A stretch of 64,000 bases of DNA from Eledone cirrhosa (lineage: Eukaryota): NCBI GenBank assembly GCA_964016885.1, contig OZ024743.1, positions 329,468,001-329,532,000 of the forward strand, written 5' to 3'. Below, one piece after another: positions 14,801 to 31,296 of this stretch. The notes below the pieces were generated by a model. That model was not told the origin of the DNA. It searched no databases and worked only from the letters and a program-made list of their open reading frames with translations. Made by a program: the position numbers and the translations under genes. Positions within the stretch are counted from its first letter, which is position 1. Every line of letters begins with the position of its first letter.

Positions 14801-17800
14801 GACTATACCACTATACCACTGTACCACTATACCACTATACCATTATACCTATGTACCACTATACCACTATACGACTGTACCACTATACCACCTTACCACT
14901 GTACCACAGTACCACTATACGACTGTACCACTATACCGCTACACCACTGTAGCATTATACCACTGTACCACTATACCACTGTACCGCTATATCACTATAC
15001 CACTATACCACTTTACCACTGTAGCACTATACCACTATACCACTGTAATACTATACCACTATACCACTGTACCCATATACCACTGGACCACTGTACCACA
15101 ATACCACTGTACCACTATACCATTATACCACTGTAGCGCTGTACGACTATACCAATGTACCACTGTGCCACTATATCACTGAAACATTGTACTACTATAC
15201 CACTGTACCACTATACCACTGTACCACTTTACCACTGTACCACTATACCACTGTACCATTGTACCACTGTACGACTTACCACTATAACACTGTACCATTA
15301 TACCACAGTACCACTATACCACTATACCACTATACCACTATACCACTGTACAATTGTACGATTATACCACTATAGCATTGTGCCACTATACTACTTACCA
15401 CGATACCACTATACCACTACACTAGTGTAGCCTATACCACTGTACCACTATACCAATGTACCACTATAACACTGTACCACTGTACCACTATACCACTATA
15501 CCACTACATCACTGTACCACTATACCAATGTACCACTATACCACTATTCCACTATACCACTGTACCACTGTACCACTATACCACTGACCCACCTTACCAC
15601 TGTACCATAGTACCACTATACAACTGTACCATTATACCACTATACCACTAGACCAGTGTAGCACTATACCACTGTACCACTATACCACTGTAACACTATA
15701 TCACTATACCAATATACCACTATACCACTATACCACTACACCACTTTATCACTGTACCACTACACCACTTTACCACTGTACCACTGTACCACTATACCAC
15801 TATACCACTGTAAACCTATACCACTATACCACTGTAAACCTATACCACTATACCACTGTAAACCTATACCACTATACCACTGTCCCTTATACCACTGTAC
15901 CACCATACAACTATACCACTGTACCATTGTACCACTATACCACTATACCACTATACCCTTGTACCATTATACCACTATACCACTAGACCACTGTAGCACT
16001 ATACCACTGTAACACTATATCACAATACCACTATACCACTATACCACTATACCACTATACCACTATACCACTTTACCACTGAACCACTGAACCACTATAC
16101 CACTATACCACTGTAACACTATACCACTGTACCACTATACCCTATACCGCTGTACCACTATACAACTATACCACTGTACCATTGTACCACTATACGACTA
16201 TACCACTATACCATTGTACCACTATACTACTGTACCACGATACTATTATACCATTGTACCACTGTGTGTACCACTATACCACTGTGCCACTATAGCACTA
16301 CACTACTGTAGCAATGTACCACTGTACCACTATACCACTGTACCATTATATCACTATACCACTATACCACTATACTACTGTACCACTGTAACACTGTACC
16401 ACTTACCACTCTACCACTGTACCAGTAAGCCACTCTGCCAATATACCACTATACCACTGTACCATTGTACCACTGTTCCACTGTACCAATATACCACTGT
16501 ACCATTGTACCACTGTGCCACTATACCACTATACCACGATACCACTGTACCATTATACCACTGTACCATTGTACCAGAGTACCAATGTACCATCACATCA
16601 CTGTGGCTCTATACCACTATACAACTATACCACTATACCACTGTAACACGGTACCACTACACCATTATACCACTATACCACTGTACCACTGTACCACTAT
16701 TCCTCTATACCACTGTACCAGTGTACCAATGTACCATTACACCACTGTGCTTCTATACCACTATATAACTATACCACTATACCACTGTACCACTGTACCA
16801 CTATAAAATTATACCACTGTACCACCGTACCACTATTCCATTATATCACTGTACCGCAATACCACTATACCATTACAGCACTGTATCACTATACCACTAT
16901 ACCACTGTACGACTATACCACTATACGACTGTACCACTGTACCACTATACCACTATACCAATGTGCCACTATACCACTATACCACTGTACCACTATACCA
17001 CTATACCACTGTACAACTTTACCATTATACCACTATACTACTGTACCACTATACCACTATACCACTGTACCACTTTACCACTGTACCACTATAACACTAT
17101 ACCACTTACCACTGTTCCACTGTAACACTATACCACTATACCACTATACCACTATACCGCTGTACCACTATATCACTATACCGCTGACCCACTATACCAC
17201 TATACCATTATACCACTATGCAACTGTAGCACTATACCACTGTACCACTGTAGCACTATATCACGATAACACTAAAGCACTATACTACTGTTTCACTGTA
17301 CCATTATACCACTATACAACTGTACCACTATACCAGTGAACCACAGTACCATTATACCACTACACCACTATACCACTCTACCACTATACCATTATTCCGA
17401 CGTACCACTATACCACGATACCACTCTAGCATTATACTACTTTACCACTGTACCATTATACCACTATACAACTTTACCACTATGCCACTATACCACTGTA
17501 CCACTGTACCACTGTACCTCTATACCCACCCACCCCATGTCACTATACCACTGTACCACCACACCGCTAAACCACTATACCACTGTACCACCACACCACT
17601 AAACCACTATACCATTATACCACTGTACCACTGTAGCACTATACCACTGTAGCACTATACCACTATACCACTTACCACAATACCACTATACCGACAAATA
17701 CCACTGTACCACTGTACCCCTGTACCACTATACCATTATATGTCTGTACCACTGTACCCCTACAACACTATACCACTGTACCATAGTACCACTCTGCCAC

Positions 17801-20800
17801 TATACCACTATAACACACTACCACTATACCACTGTACCACTGTACCACTGTACCACTACACCACTAATACCACTATACCACTGTACCACTGTACCACTAT
17901 ACCACTGTACCATTATACCATTATACCACTGTAGCGCTGTACGGCTGTACCACTGTACCACTGTGCCACTATACCACTGTACCACTGTACCACTGTACCA
18001 CTATACCACTATACCACTATATCACTGTACCACTATACCACTATATCACTGTACCACTATACCAATGTACCACTATACCACTATATCACTATACCACTGA
18101 CCCACCTTACCACTGTACCACAGTACCACTATACAACTGTACCGTTATACCACTATAGCACTAGACCACTGTAGCATTATACCACTGTATCACTATACCA
18201 CTGTAACACTATATCACTATACCACTATACCACTATACCACTATACCACTTTACCACTGTACCACTATACCACTATACCACTGTAACACTATACCAATAT
18301 ACCACTCTCCCCTATACCACTATACCACAATACAACTATACCACTGTACCATTGTACCACTATACCACTATACCACTATACCACTGTACCACTGTACCAA
18401 TATACTACTGTACCACGATTCCACTATACCACTGTACCACTGTTTTGTACCACGATACCACTGTGCCACTATAGCACTACACTACTTTAGCAATGTACCA
18501 CTGTACCACTATACCACTGTACCATTATATCACTATACCCCTATACCACTATACCACTATACCACTGTACCACTGTACCACTTACCACTGTACCACTGTA
18601 CCAGTATGCCACTATACCACTATACCACTGTACCATTGTACCACTGTGCCACTGTACCACTATACCACTGTACCATTGTACCACTGTGCCAATATACCAC
18701 GATACCACTGTACCATTGTACCAGAGTACCAATGTACCATCACATCACTGTGGGTCTATACCACTATACAACTATACCACTATACCACTGTACCACTGTA
18801 CCACTGTACCACTACACCACTACACCACTATACCACTATACCACTGTACCACTGTACCACTATTCCACTATACCACTGTACCAGAGTACCAATGTACCAT
18901 TACACCACTGTGCTTCTATACCACTATATAACTATACCACTATACCACTGTACCACTGTACCACTATACAATTATACCACTGTACCACCGTACCACTATA
19001 CCACTATACCAATGTGCCACTATACCACTATACCACTGTACCACTATACCCCTTACCACTGTACAACTTCACCACTATACCACTATACCACTGTACCACT
19101 ATACCATTACACCACTGTATCACTATACCACTATACCACTGTACCACTATACCACTATACGACTGTACCACTGTACCACTATACCACTATACCACTATAC
19201 CAATATACCATTGTACGACTATACCACTGTACCATTGTACCACTGTACCAATGTACCACTATGCCACATACCACTATACCACTGTACCACTGTACCACTA
19301 TATCACTGTACATCTATACCAGTATACCACTGTAGGGCTGTACCAATATACCACTGTACCACTGTACCACTGTACCACTATATCACTGTACCATTGTACA
19401 ACTATACCACTGTACCACTATACCACTGTACTACTTTACCACTGTACCACTATACCACTGTACCATTGTGCCACTGTACGACTGTACAAGTATACCACTA
19501 TACCACTATACCACTGTACCATCGTACCATTATACCATTGTACCATTATACTACTCTACAACGATACCACTATACCACTGTACAACTGTCCTGTACGACT
19601 ATACCACTACACTACTGTAGACTATACCATTGTACCACTATACCACTGTACCACTATACCACTGTACCACTGTACCAATATACGACTATACCACTATACC
19701 ACTGTACCACTATACCACTATACCATTATACCTATGTACCACTATACCACTATACGACTGTACCACTATACCACCTTACCACTGTACCACAGTACCACTA
19801 TACGACTGTACCACTATACCGCTACACCACTGTAGCATTATACCACTGTACCACTATACCACTGTACCGCTATATCACTATACCACTATACCACTTTACC
19901 ACTGTAGCACTATACCACTATACCACTGTAATACTATACCACTATACCACTGTACCCATATACCACTGGACCACTATACAACGATACCACTATACCATTG
20001 TACCACTATACCATTGTGCCACTATACTACTGTACCACGATACCACTATACCACTGTGTCACTATACCACTACACTACTGTAACAATATACCACTGTACC
20101 ACTATACCACTTACCATTATTTCACTATACCACTATACCACTATACCACTGTACCACTGTACCACTATACCACTGTACCACTATATCACTGTACCACTGT
20201 AGCACTATGTCAATGTACCACTATACCACTATACAAGTTTACCCCTATGCAACTGTGCCACTATATCATTATACCACTGTACCATTGTACAACTGTATCA
20301 CTATACCACTATAGCAATGTACCAGTTTACTACTGTTCCACGATACCACTATACCACAATACCAACGTATCATAACACCACTGGGCCTCTATACCACTAT
20401 ACCTCTATACCACTATACCACTGTACCACTGTACCACTATACAACTATACCACTGTACCACTGTACCACTATTCCACTATACCACTGTACCACAATACCA
20501 CTATACCATTACACCACTGTACCACTATACCACTTTACCACTATAGCACTATACCACTGTACCAATATACCATTGTACCATTGTACGACTGTACCAATAT
20601 ACCAATGTACCAGTTTACTACTGTTCCACGATACCACTATACCACTGTACCACTATACCACTATACCACTGTGCCACTACACCACTATACCACTATACCA
20701 CTGTACCACTGTACCACTATTCTACTATACCACTGTACCACAATACCAATGTACCATTACTCCACTGGGCCTCTATACCACTATACCACTATACCACTGT

Positions 20801-20912
20801 ACCACTGTACCACTGTACCACTATACAACTATACCACTGTACCACTGTACCACTATACCACTGTGCCACTAGACCACTGTACCGCTGTACCTCTGTACCA
20901 CTATACCACTCT
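5893..20912 (+). repeat. 15-kb satellite of an 8-bp unit TACCACT(A/G) with kb-scale internal duplications
   Basis: Continuous TACCACTA/TACCACTG array. Diagnostic variant blocks recur at offsets of about 6.7 kb (9542/16214), 7.24 kb (11253/18493) and about 4.9 kb (14304/19211). Confidence 0.97.
13070..13164 (-). mobile_element. 5'-truncated RTE-like LINE 3' end inserted in the satellite
   Basis: The minus strand encodes QDLGAAM-DREFWGMRVRSIISTIVDE* (AMxDRxxW motif, one frameshift) followed by a (TGA)n tail. Flanked by TATACT at 13064-13069 and 13165-13170. Confidence 0.7.
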
Positions 20913-20959
20913 ACCTCTCCGTGTCTTATAGATGATTGATATCTATAGGCAACAAGATC

Positions 20960-21780
20960 GGCGTATAAGCTAACTGTGGTCCACAGTGATTGATTTAGAA
21001 TCAGGCAGACAATCAACTTGAGGATGTTAAGTAAAAATTGAACCAAGTCATTGGAAAGGTCACCAATGTCATAAAGATTTAATTGGCCAATGAAATTAAA
21101 GTATATGAAATGTGTTCTGTAAATCAAACAAAATCAAAATAAAATAAAAGAATGAATTAGATAAACAAATAAATGTGACCACATATTTGAATTAAAATCT
21201 TTAGGATTTCTAATTTTCAAACATTTCCAGTAACAGATAAGATAGGCTTTGGAGAATTCTTTCGAATTTAAACCCTATAGAATTGAAATGGTGGACGATG
21301 TCTTCAATAAAATCTGCTAGGTGTGAATTCATTATCGTTTTAAGTATCACTTCAATGTTAGATACATGTCTGTAGGGAAAATGCTTCCCAAGATTGAAAT
21401 GGATTTCGCTAATTTTAAATTAGTGGGCAATATTCCAATTGAAAGAAAGAGATTAAATTGTGTGCATCATTGGTTTGCATGTAACATGTTGAAGAGGTTT
21501 TAGGAGTTCGATGGGTATATCGTAACGTCAATATATATTCTTACCCACTTAATGAAATGTAAGATGAAATTCTCCGAGGAAGATCTGGAGAAATATAGAT
21601 AGAGCATAGAGCAGGAAAATAGGATTCCAAGGAAGTCATGTGTAAAGGATATTGTATTATTGTTGTTAACATAAACAGTGATACTGATGAAACGTGTGGT
21701 GAGAGATGGGTTAGCTTTGTTAATTTCGGCCCCCTGCGTTCTAAATTGAAAATCTGTAAGTATCAAATTTGCTTTTCATT
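20960..21780 (-). pseudogene. Highly decayed CR1/L2-group LINE RT fragment
   Basis: Minus-strand translation gives DIPIELLKPLQHVTCKPMMH-FNLFLSIGILPTNLKLAKSISI...ILKTIMNSHLADFIE...SLYAD, matching the typical DGIPxELLK..P..IFN.SL..G..P..LK.AKV.PI pattern. Confidence 0.55.
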
Positions 21781-22360
21781 CTACAGTTTGCAGTGTATTA
21801 AATAAGCACTACACTTCTCCTTGAAAGAACTGAATTGCGACTAATAAAACAAAAGCACTATTATCGAAAACACTTGAAAATAAATTATTAAAAAAATGAT
21901 TTCCCATCGCAGGGGACAGCTGAAGTGGTGGAGTTTTATGAAGGGGACAGCTGAAGACTGGACAGCATCACGACTCGAGGTTCTGAGGTGACAGTTCCTT
22001 AATCTAGGATAAACATTGCAGAAATATTTTCTCTAGCAGTAACCTGGTTAAAACAGTATCAGACGTAGTCTTCATAGCCTAACCGACAACTTATCTCAAG
22101 CTGAGAAAGTACTAACTGCTTTCAGATAGGTTTCTTGTCGAATCCATAGCGGTGGGTACAACAGGTCTCTTGGTTCCCCGTAACAATTCCCTACTCTATT
22201 CGATCAGGATGAAGATGACCATCTGCAAGAAACTGCCCCCTGATGTATATTAGCTCTATCATTTCACATTCCTCGTTAACCTTTGGGAGTAATGGGTTCG
22301 TCATTTTGAACGTCGGGACCATGAACTGTTTTCAGAGATATTAAATGACTATCATTATTA

Positions 22361-23120
22361 GGATTGCCATTCTGACTTCAAATTCTGCCGAGGTTAACTT
22401 TGCCTTTCATCCTTACGGGGTCGATAAAATAATGTACCAGTAATGCACTGGGTAATTGTGACCTTGTGCCAAAAGTAGAAACAATTATTAGGATTGGCAG
22501 TATCAGTAGAAGGTCGGACGCCATGCTTTACAGCATAGAGTTACGCTCCTTTATGGTCTGAGTTCAAATCCCGCCGAGGTTAACTTTGCCTTTCATCCTT
22601 ATGGGGTCGATAAAATAAAGTACCAGTCACGCACTGGGGTCAATTAAATCGATTTTTCCTCCTCCAAAATTGCTGGCCTTGTGCTTATATAAGAAACCAT
22701 TATTTGGCAAGGGTGGTGAATTGGCAGTATCGGTAGAGGGTTGGACGCCATGCTTTCTAGCATAGTTACATCCCTTTACGGTCTGAGTTCAAATCCCGTC
22801 GAGGTTCACTTTGCCTTTCATCCTGACGGGGTCGATAAAATAAAGTACCAGTAATTGCTGGCCTTGTGCCAAAAGTAGAAACAATTATTAAAATTGAAAT
22901 CAGTGAAGTTTTAGTTTAGCTTACTGAAAGACATTGTATTGGTTTGGAGAAAGAGACAAAGACTGTATCTTCAAGAAACTTCATATTGTATTGTAGGCGG
23001 CGAATCGGCAGAATTGCAAGAACGGTTGATAGAATTCTTCATGAATTCGTTCACGTTCTCTGTGCTCAAATCCTGCTAAGGTCAACTTTGTCTTTTATCC
23101 TTTGAAATCGATAAAAAAAA
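22361..23120 (+). mobile_element. Cluster of four SINE family A copies
   Basis: Copies at ~22361-22490 (internally deleted), 22491-22705, 22711-22890 and 22996-23120 (degenerate). Each has the B-box and a GCCTTTCATCC-like core. Confidence 0.9.
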
Positions 23121-23399
23121 TTCCAGACCATTAATGTGAACGATTCCATCTATATTTTCTGTTTTTCAATTCTTCTCTTTCGCTCACTCTGTCTTTGGTG
23201 GAAATCGGCTCTGTTCAGACCCGTAGAGGTTTAGGTTTCACCATGTTTGAATGCCCAAGACGCGTCATATGTTACTACAGTACCTCTACGATTCTAAGTG
23301 TTATAGATCCGTTGATAGATATTGTGTTCGGTTTAAGAAAAGCTTTAGAAACTAGGAGCGGAATTAAGGGCACAACAATCATTAAACAAGAACATCGAA

Positions 23400-23720
23400 G
23401 AGATATTTCAAGATACCATTGCATTTGGAATGTAGTCATCATAGAGTCTACATTCACTCCGAAAGAAGCCTTTTGTTGTCAGTAAGGTTACTAGCTTCTA
23501 AAACGTCTTCCAGCCCATTCCTACACTGGTTACTACACTTTCAGAACACCATCCCTACTGCTGATTAGGTCACATAGATAGCTAAAATTGTCAACAACTT
23601 CTAGGGAATGTCCCAGGCAATTAAAGCAAAACTTTTCACGTGTTCTCCTGTGCATCTGCTGCATACAAAGTCAATCTTTTCCGTTAACTTGCCTGCAATC
23701 TCAATACATCTATTTTGCGT
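23400..23720 (-). pseudogene. Decayed RTE LINE ORF2 fragment (post-RT region)
   Basis: Minus strand reads KLTEKIDFVCSRCTGE...LEVVDNFSYLCDLISSRDG-SESVVTSVGMGWKTF*KLVTLLTTKGF..RLYD, an LE.V..F.YLG-type RTE motif. Confidence 0.65.
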
Positions 23721-23839
23721 TTATAGAGGAGGGGAAGTGTTGAGGAAGGTAGGTGGAAGGTAGGGGGATGGTAGTAGCGATGGGGAGTGGAGGGAGGGGA
23801 GGGGGATAGGGAGAATGAACGAGAGAAATGAATGCATCT

Positions 23840-25370
<1,531 letters not shown>

Positions 25371-25579
25371 GTGTGTCTGCATGTGTCCTACTTAACGCAT
25401 GACGATGATGGCGGTTCCTACACCGCCATTACGCCGCCGTCAAAGCCACAACAAAATCAATGATGACGTTGGCGGAGGGACCACCAACACTTTCACACAG
25501 ACAATAAACCGACATTGCATCCACCTCCAAAACTCAACCATCTCCACCCTCACAAACACTGCTATCATCACTCCCCCCC

Positions 25580-27720
25580 ACCACAAGCATCGCTACCACC
25601 AACAACAACACTACCACCTCCACGAACAACACTACCACCTCCACAAACAATACTACCACCTCCAACAACACTACCGAACCCAACAATAACACTACCGCCT
25701 CCAACAACAACACTACCACCTCCACCAACACTACCACCTCGAACAACAACACTACCACCTCCAGCAACAACAATACCACCTCCAACAACAACACTACCAC
25801 CTCCAACAACAACACTACCACCTCCACCAACAACACTACCACCTCCAACAACAATACTACCACCCCCAACAACAACACAACCACCTCCACCAACAACACT
25901 ACCACCTCCACCAACAACACTACCACCTCCAACAACAACACTACAACCTCCAACAACACTACCAGCTCCAACAACAACACTACCACCTCCAACAACAACA
26001 CTACCACCTCCAACAACAACACTACCACCTCCACCAACACTACCACCTCCAACAACAACACTACAAACTCCACCAACAACACTACCACCTCCAACAACAA
26101 TACTACCACCTCCACCAACAACACTACCACCTCCAACAACACTACCACCTCCAACAACAACACTACCCCCTCCAACACCACTACCGCCCCCAACAACAAC
26201 ACTACAACCTCCACCAACAACACTACCACCTCCAACAACACTACCACCTCCAACAGCACTACCACCTCCAACAACAACACTACCACCTCCAACAACAACA
26301 CTACCACCTCCAACAACAACACTACCACCTCCACCAACAACACTACCACCTCCACCAACAACACTACCACCTCCACCAACAACACTACCACCAACAACAA
26401 CAACACTACCACCTCCACCAACAACACTACCACCTCCACCAACAACACTACCACCTCCATCAACAACACTACCACCTCCAACAACAACATTACCACCTCC
26501 AACAACAACACTACCACCTCCAACAACAACACTACCACCTCCAACAACAACACTACCACCTCTAACAACAACACTACCTCCAACAACAACACTACCACCT
26601 CCACCAACAACACTACCACCTCCACCAACAACACTACCACCTCCACCAACAACACTACCACCACCAACAACAACGCTACCACCTTCACCAACAACACTAC
26701 CACCTCCACCAACAACACTACCACCTCCACCAACAACACTACCACCTCTACCAACAATACTACCACCTCCATCAACAACACTACCACCTCCAACAACACT
26801 ACCACCTCCAACAACAACACTACCACCTCTACCAACAATACTACCACCTCCATCAACAACACAACCACCTCCACCAACAACACAACCACCTCTAACAACA
26901 CCACTACCACCTCCATCAACAACACAACCACCTCCAGCAACACTACCACCTCCAACAACAACACCACTACCAACACTACTACTACCACCACCACCACTAC
27001 CACCACTACTACTTACACCACTACCGACAACAACACTACCACCGCCACCACTAACGACACCACCACCTCCACTAACAACACTACCACCTCCAATAACAAC
27101 ACTACCACCTCCAATAACAACACTACAACCTCCAATAACAACACTACCACCTCCAAGAACAACACTACCACCTCCAACAACAACACTACCACCACTACCA
27201 CTTACACCACTACCAACAACAACACTACCACCGACACCACCAACAACACTACCACCTCCAATAACAACACTACCACCTCCACCAACAACACTACCACCTC
27301 CACCAACAACACTACGACCTCCAACATCAACACTACCACCTCCAACAACAACACTACCACCCCTACCAACAACACTACCACCTCCAATAACAACACCACC
27401 ACCTCCACCAACACTACCACCACCACCAACACTACCACCACCACCATCACCACCAACTCCAACACCAACACTACCACCATCACTAACAGCAGTACTACCA
27501 CTACCAACACTACCACCACTACCACCAACTCCAACACCAACACTACCACCATCACTAACAGCAGTACTACCACCACCAACACAAACAACCACCACAAACA
27601 ACAACAGCACTACCACCACCACCACCAACAGCAACGCGACCACCCCCAACAACAACACTACCACCACCACCAACAACAACAACAACACTACTACCACCAC
27701 CAACACTACCACCACCATCG
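25580..27720 (+). repeat. Trinucleotide-based minisatellite, ~18-21-bp unit ACAACACTACCACCTCCA(ACA/CCA)
   Basis: Repeated TTLPPP(T/P) translation. The + strand is C/A-rich, so frames stay open. Confidence 0.9.
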
Positions 27721-27980
27721 CTAACATCCTTTCTATTAGATTAAAAAAGCTACCACTACTATCACCATTACTCTCACTTCCACTACAGCCATCTTTCTCA
27801 GTAACAGTATGGCCGCCATGTTACAAACAACCTACTTTCAACACTACTACTATGATGATGACATCAACAACAACAACAACAACAACAACAACGTACAAAC
27901 TCGAGTGCCAATATGTAATTTCTCTCTCTAGAAATAGCAGCGAAATCTCCCTTAAATAATTTGCATTATTAAAGAGATGT

Positions 27981-28176
27981 GAGGGCGGTGGATTGGCAGT
28001 ATCGATAGAGGGTCGGACGCCATGCTTTATAGCAAAGAGTTACGGCTCTTTATGGTCTGAGTTCAAATCCCGCCGAGGTTAACTTTGCCTTTCATCCTTA
28101 CGGGGTCGATAAAATAAAGTACCAGTAATGTACTGGATAATTGCTGGCCTTGTGCCAAAAAGTAGAAACAATTATT
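27981..28176 (+). mobile_element. Full-length SINE family A with 16-bp TSD
   Basis: GAGGGCGGTGGATTGGCAG start, B-box, core and tail. TSD ATTATTAAAGAGATGT at 27965-27980 and 28171-28186. Confidence 0.92.
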
Positions 28177-29001
28177 AAAGAGATGTTCAGATTGGATACA
28201 CTGTATTTGAAAAGCAACAAAATAAACGTGATGGTCATGGTTGGAATGCCATATAATTACATGGCTGTTTCTTCAGGCCTGGCTTCGGGCTAAACAACAA
28301 CAGCGATGACCATAGCGACGAAACCATTAATATATCTGAATCCAGAATAATCTCCGTTACTGTTAACAATATCACCGCCATATTTCACCACCACCACCAT
28401 CATCATCATTAGCACCAGCATTACCAGATCGTCCACCACTAACGCCACCATTACCACCTCGTCCACCACCATCATCGCCGCCGTTAACACGGCTTCATTC
28501 ACCACCATCATCATCATCACCATAACCATTATTACCACCTCGTCCAGCAACTCCTCCACCAGCACCACAATGTCAATTCACTACCGTGCGCCATTATTAC
28601 CGCCTCGTCTACCGTCGCCACCATCAGCAAATATGCATCAGCTACAACCCCGCAACCCCACACACAACCCCACATCCCCGTAACCACTCTAAGCTACTTG
28701 TCTATCTACCATCACATTCAGTCAGTTATCGATCTGCGAGTGCGCCGTTCAAGCACGAATTCTGCCGTCAATCTGTATAAGACAATGTCTCTTTATCCTG
28801 AAGCGAATTTGTGTAAGAAAGAAGGTTAATATGGTTTACGGTTGTGACGACGAGGTGTTTGATACATTTCACGAAGATGACAACGAGGCTTCGGCTAAGG
28901 TTGTGGCTAGACCAGGCTTAGACACAATACATACACCATTTTTTTTTTCATCGGCAGCATAACATTATCTCTTCCGGAAAAATGCACTTTATAAACTAGG
29001 C

Positions 29002-29045
<44 letters not shown>

Positions 29046-29083
29046 GTGTGTGTGTATATATATATATTTATATACGTGTGTGT

Positions 29084-29133
<50 letters not shown>

Positions 29134-29220
29134 ATATATATATATGTATATATATATATATGTATATATATATATGTATATGTATATATATATATGTGTG
29201 TATATATATGTATATAAGTG

Positions 29221-29298
<78 letters not shown>

Positions 29299-29316
29299 TA
29301 TGTATATTTATATATA

Positions 29317-29390
<74 letters not shown>

Positions 29391-29509
29391 AAGTGGAAGT
29401 CGTATATTAGGATCACTTTGGGCTGGAGCTTTCTCGATAACAATAACCATCTCAATATTACCCCCTTGTACACATACACATCAATATAAACGTATGTAAG
29501 TATACACGG

Positions 29510-29544
<35 letters not shown>

Positions 29545-29874
29545 ATATAACACATATGCACCCATACCCTGATAGCTTCACGTACACGTTTCTATGATGT
29601 GTCATCTTAACTGTAGTTTCTTTGTGATGTTATTCATGCAGTAAAATGGTGAAGTATTAATAAAATATATACAGAGAGAGAGAGGGGGGGTTGGGGTTGG
29701 CGTGGGGGTGGGGGTGGGGGCGCAGAAACTGAGAGAGAGAGAGAGAGAGAGCGAGAGAGGGGGTGGGGTGGGCGGCAGAAACTGAAAGAGAGAGAGAGAG
29801 AGAGAGTGGGAGCGACAGAGAGAGAGAGAGGGGGAGAGTGAGAGAGAGGGAGAGAAAGAGATAGAGAGTGAAAT

Positions 29875-29922
<48 letters not shown>

Positions 29923-30224
29923 TAGAAACTGTGTACAACGTATTAAGTGGCAGATTGTGATATGATGTGAACTCATTGATTGGTGTATGAGGCGAAAGAA
30001 CTTTAATGACAAGGTCACGATGGAAGGTGACCTAAGTGATGGGGTCATGAGATGAAGCAACCTTATTGATAAGAGGAACATTAGGTAAACTGACCTCAAC
30101 GACAAGAACACCACGCACCGCTTGGAATGGAACTCATGACAATGTAAACCGAACACAAAAGCTCGTAGTTTTTGTGTTAGAGTTTTGTGTTGGAGTTTTG
30201 TGTTAGAGTTATGTTAGAGTTTTG

Positions 30225-30560
30225 ATCGTAAGTTTGTGAGTTCGATTCTCGATGGTGCGTTGTGACCTTGAGCTAAATATTTTACTTTACTTTGCTCCAA
30301 TCGACTCAGCCGGAAGAAAATGAATTGTTCCTATAATGCAATGCACCAGTTTTGTTGCATAGTGTGTCACGCTGTAGAATGCTCAGACACTTGGATGTTA
30401 ATTACACGAACAGGTTGTTCTATTCTTCAGTCATTCAGAACACTCGTCTTTGGAAGCTACGGAGGACCGTCAACTGTTTTGTTAAAGAAATAAGAGCAGT
30501 GCGCGTGACCATTCTCAAGGCTTTCGAAACTGATGGGAAAGCCAGTGTGTGATTGATAGG
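30225..30560 (+). mobile_element. Second tRNA-derived SINE family (family B), degenerate
   Basis: B-box GAGTTCGATTC followed by TTGTGACCTTGAGC...TTGCTCCAATCGACTCAGC. Related minus-strand copies lie at ~32740-33040 and ~39370-39530. Confidence 0.55.
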
Positions 30561-30619
30561 TAGATATCAACAGACAAAACACATGGTTCTAAAGCTTGCA
30601 ACAAAGTGATCCTGTTAAA

Positions 30620-31296
30620 GACCATCACAAAAGAGTGGACTCTACCAAGGCACTCACAACAGAGTGGACTCTACTAAAGTCACTCACAACAGAGTGAACT
30701 CTAATAAAGGCACTCACAACAGAGTGGGCCCTGATAAAGACACCCGCAATATAGTGGACTTTACGAAAGGCACTCACAAGCGAGTGGATGCTGCTGCAAT
30801 ATATTGGACTCTGCTAAAGATACCCGCAATATATTGGACTCTGCCAAAGACACTCGCAATATATACTGGACTCTGCTAGTGGCACCTGCAGCAGAGTGGA
30901 CGCTGTTAGTGGCACCTGCAGCACTCTAGATGCTGCTAGTGGCACCTGCAATAGACTGGACGCTGCTAGTGGCACCTGCAACAGACTAGACGCTGTTAAT
31001 GGCACCTGCAACAGACTAGATGCTGCTAATGGCACCGGCAATAGACTAGATGCTGTTAGTGGCACCTGCAACAGACTAGACGCTGTTAATGGCACCTGCA
31101 GCACTCTAGATGCTGCTAGTGGCACCTGCAACAGACTAGATGCTGCTAATGTCACCTGCAATAGACTAGATGTTGTTAGTGGCACCTGCAACAGACTAGA
31201 CGCTGCTAGTGGCACCTGCAACAGACTAGATGCTGCTAGTGGCACCTACAACAGAGTGGACGCTGCTAGTGGCACCTGCAACAGAGTGGACGCTGG
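30620..31296 (+). repeat. 30-bp minisatellite (GCTGCTAGTGGCACCTGCAACAGACTAGAY)
   Basis: About 14 homogeneous units at 30872-31296, preceded by about 8 diverged units. Confidence 0.93.

Noticed and set aside
5893-20912. Telomeric array
   Set aside because: The unit YAGTGGTA is not TTAGGG, and the array is internal and degenerate.
6189-20931. Many YHYTTIPL-repeat ORFs
   Set aside because: They are translations of the 8-bp satellite; overlapping frames give the same peptide.
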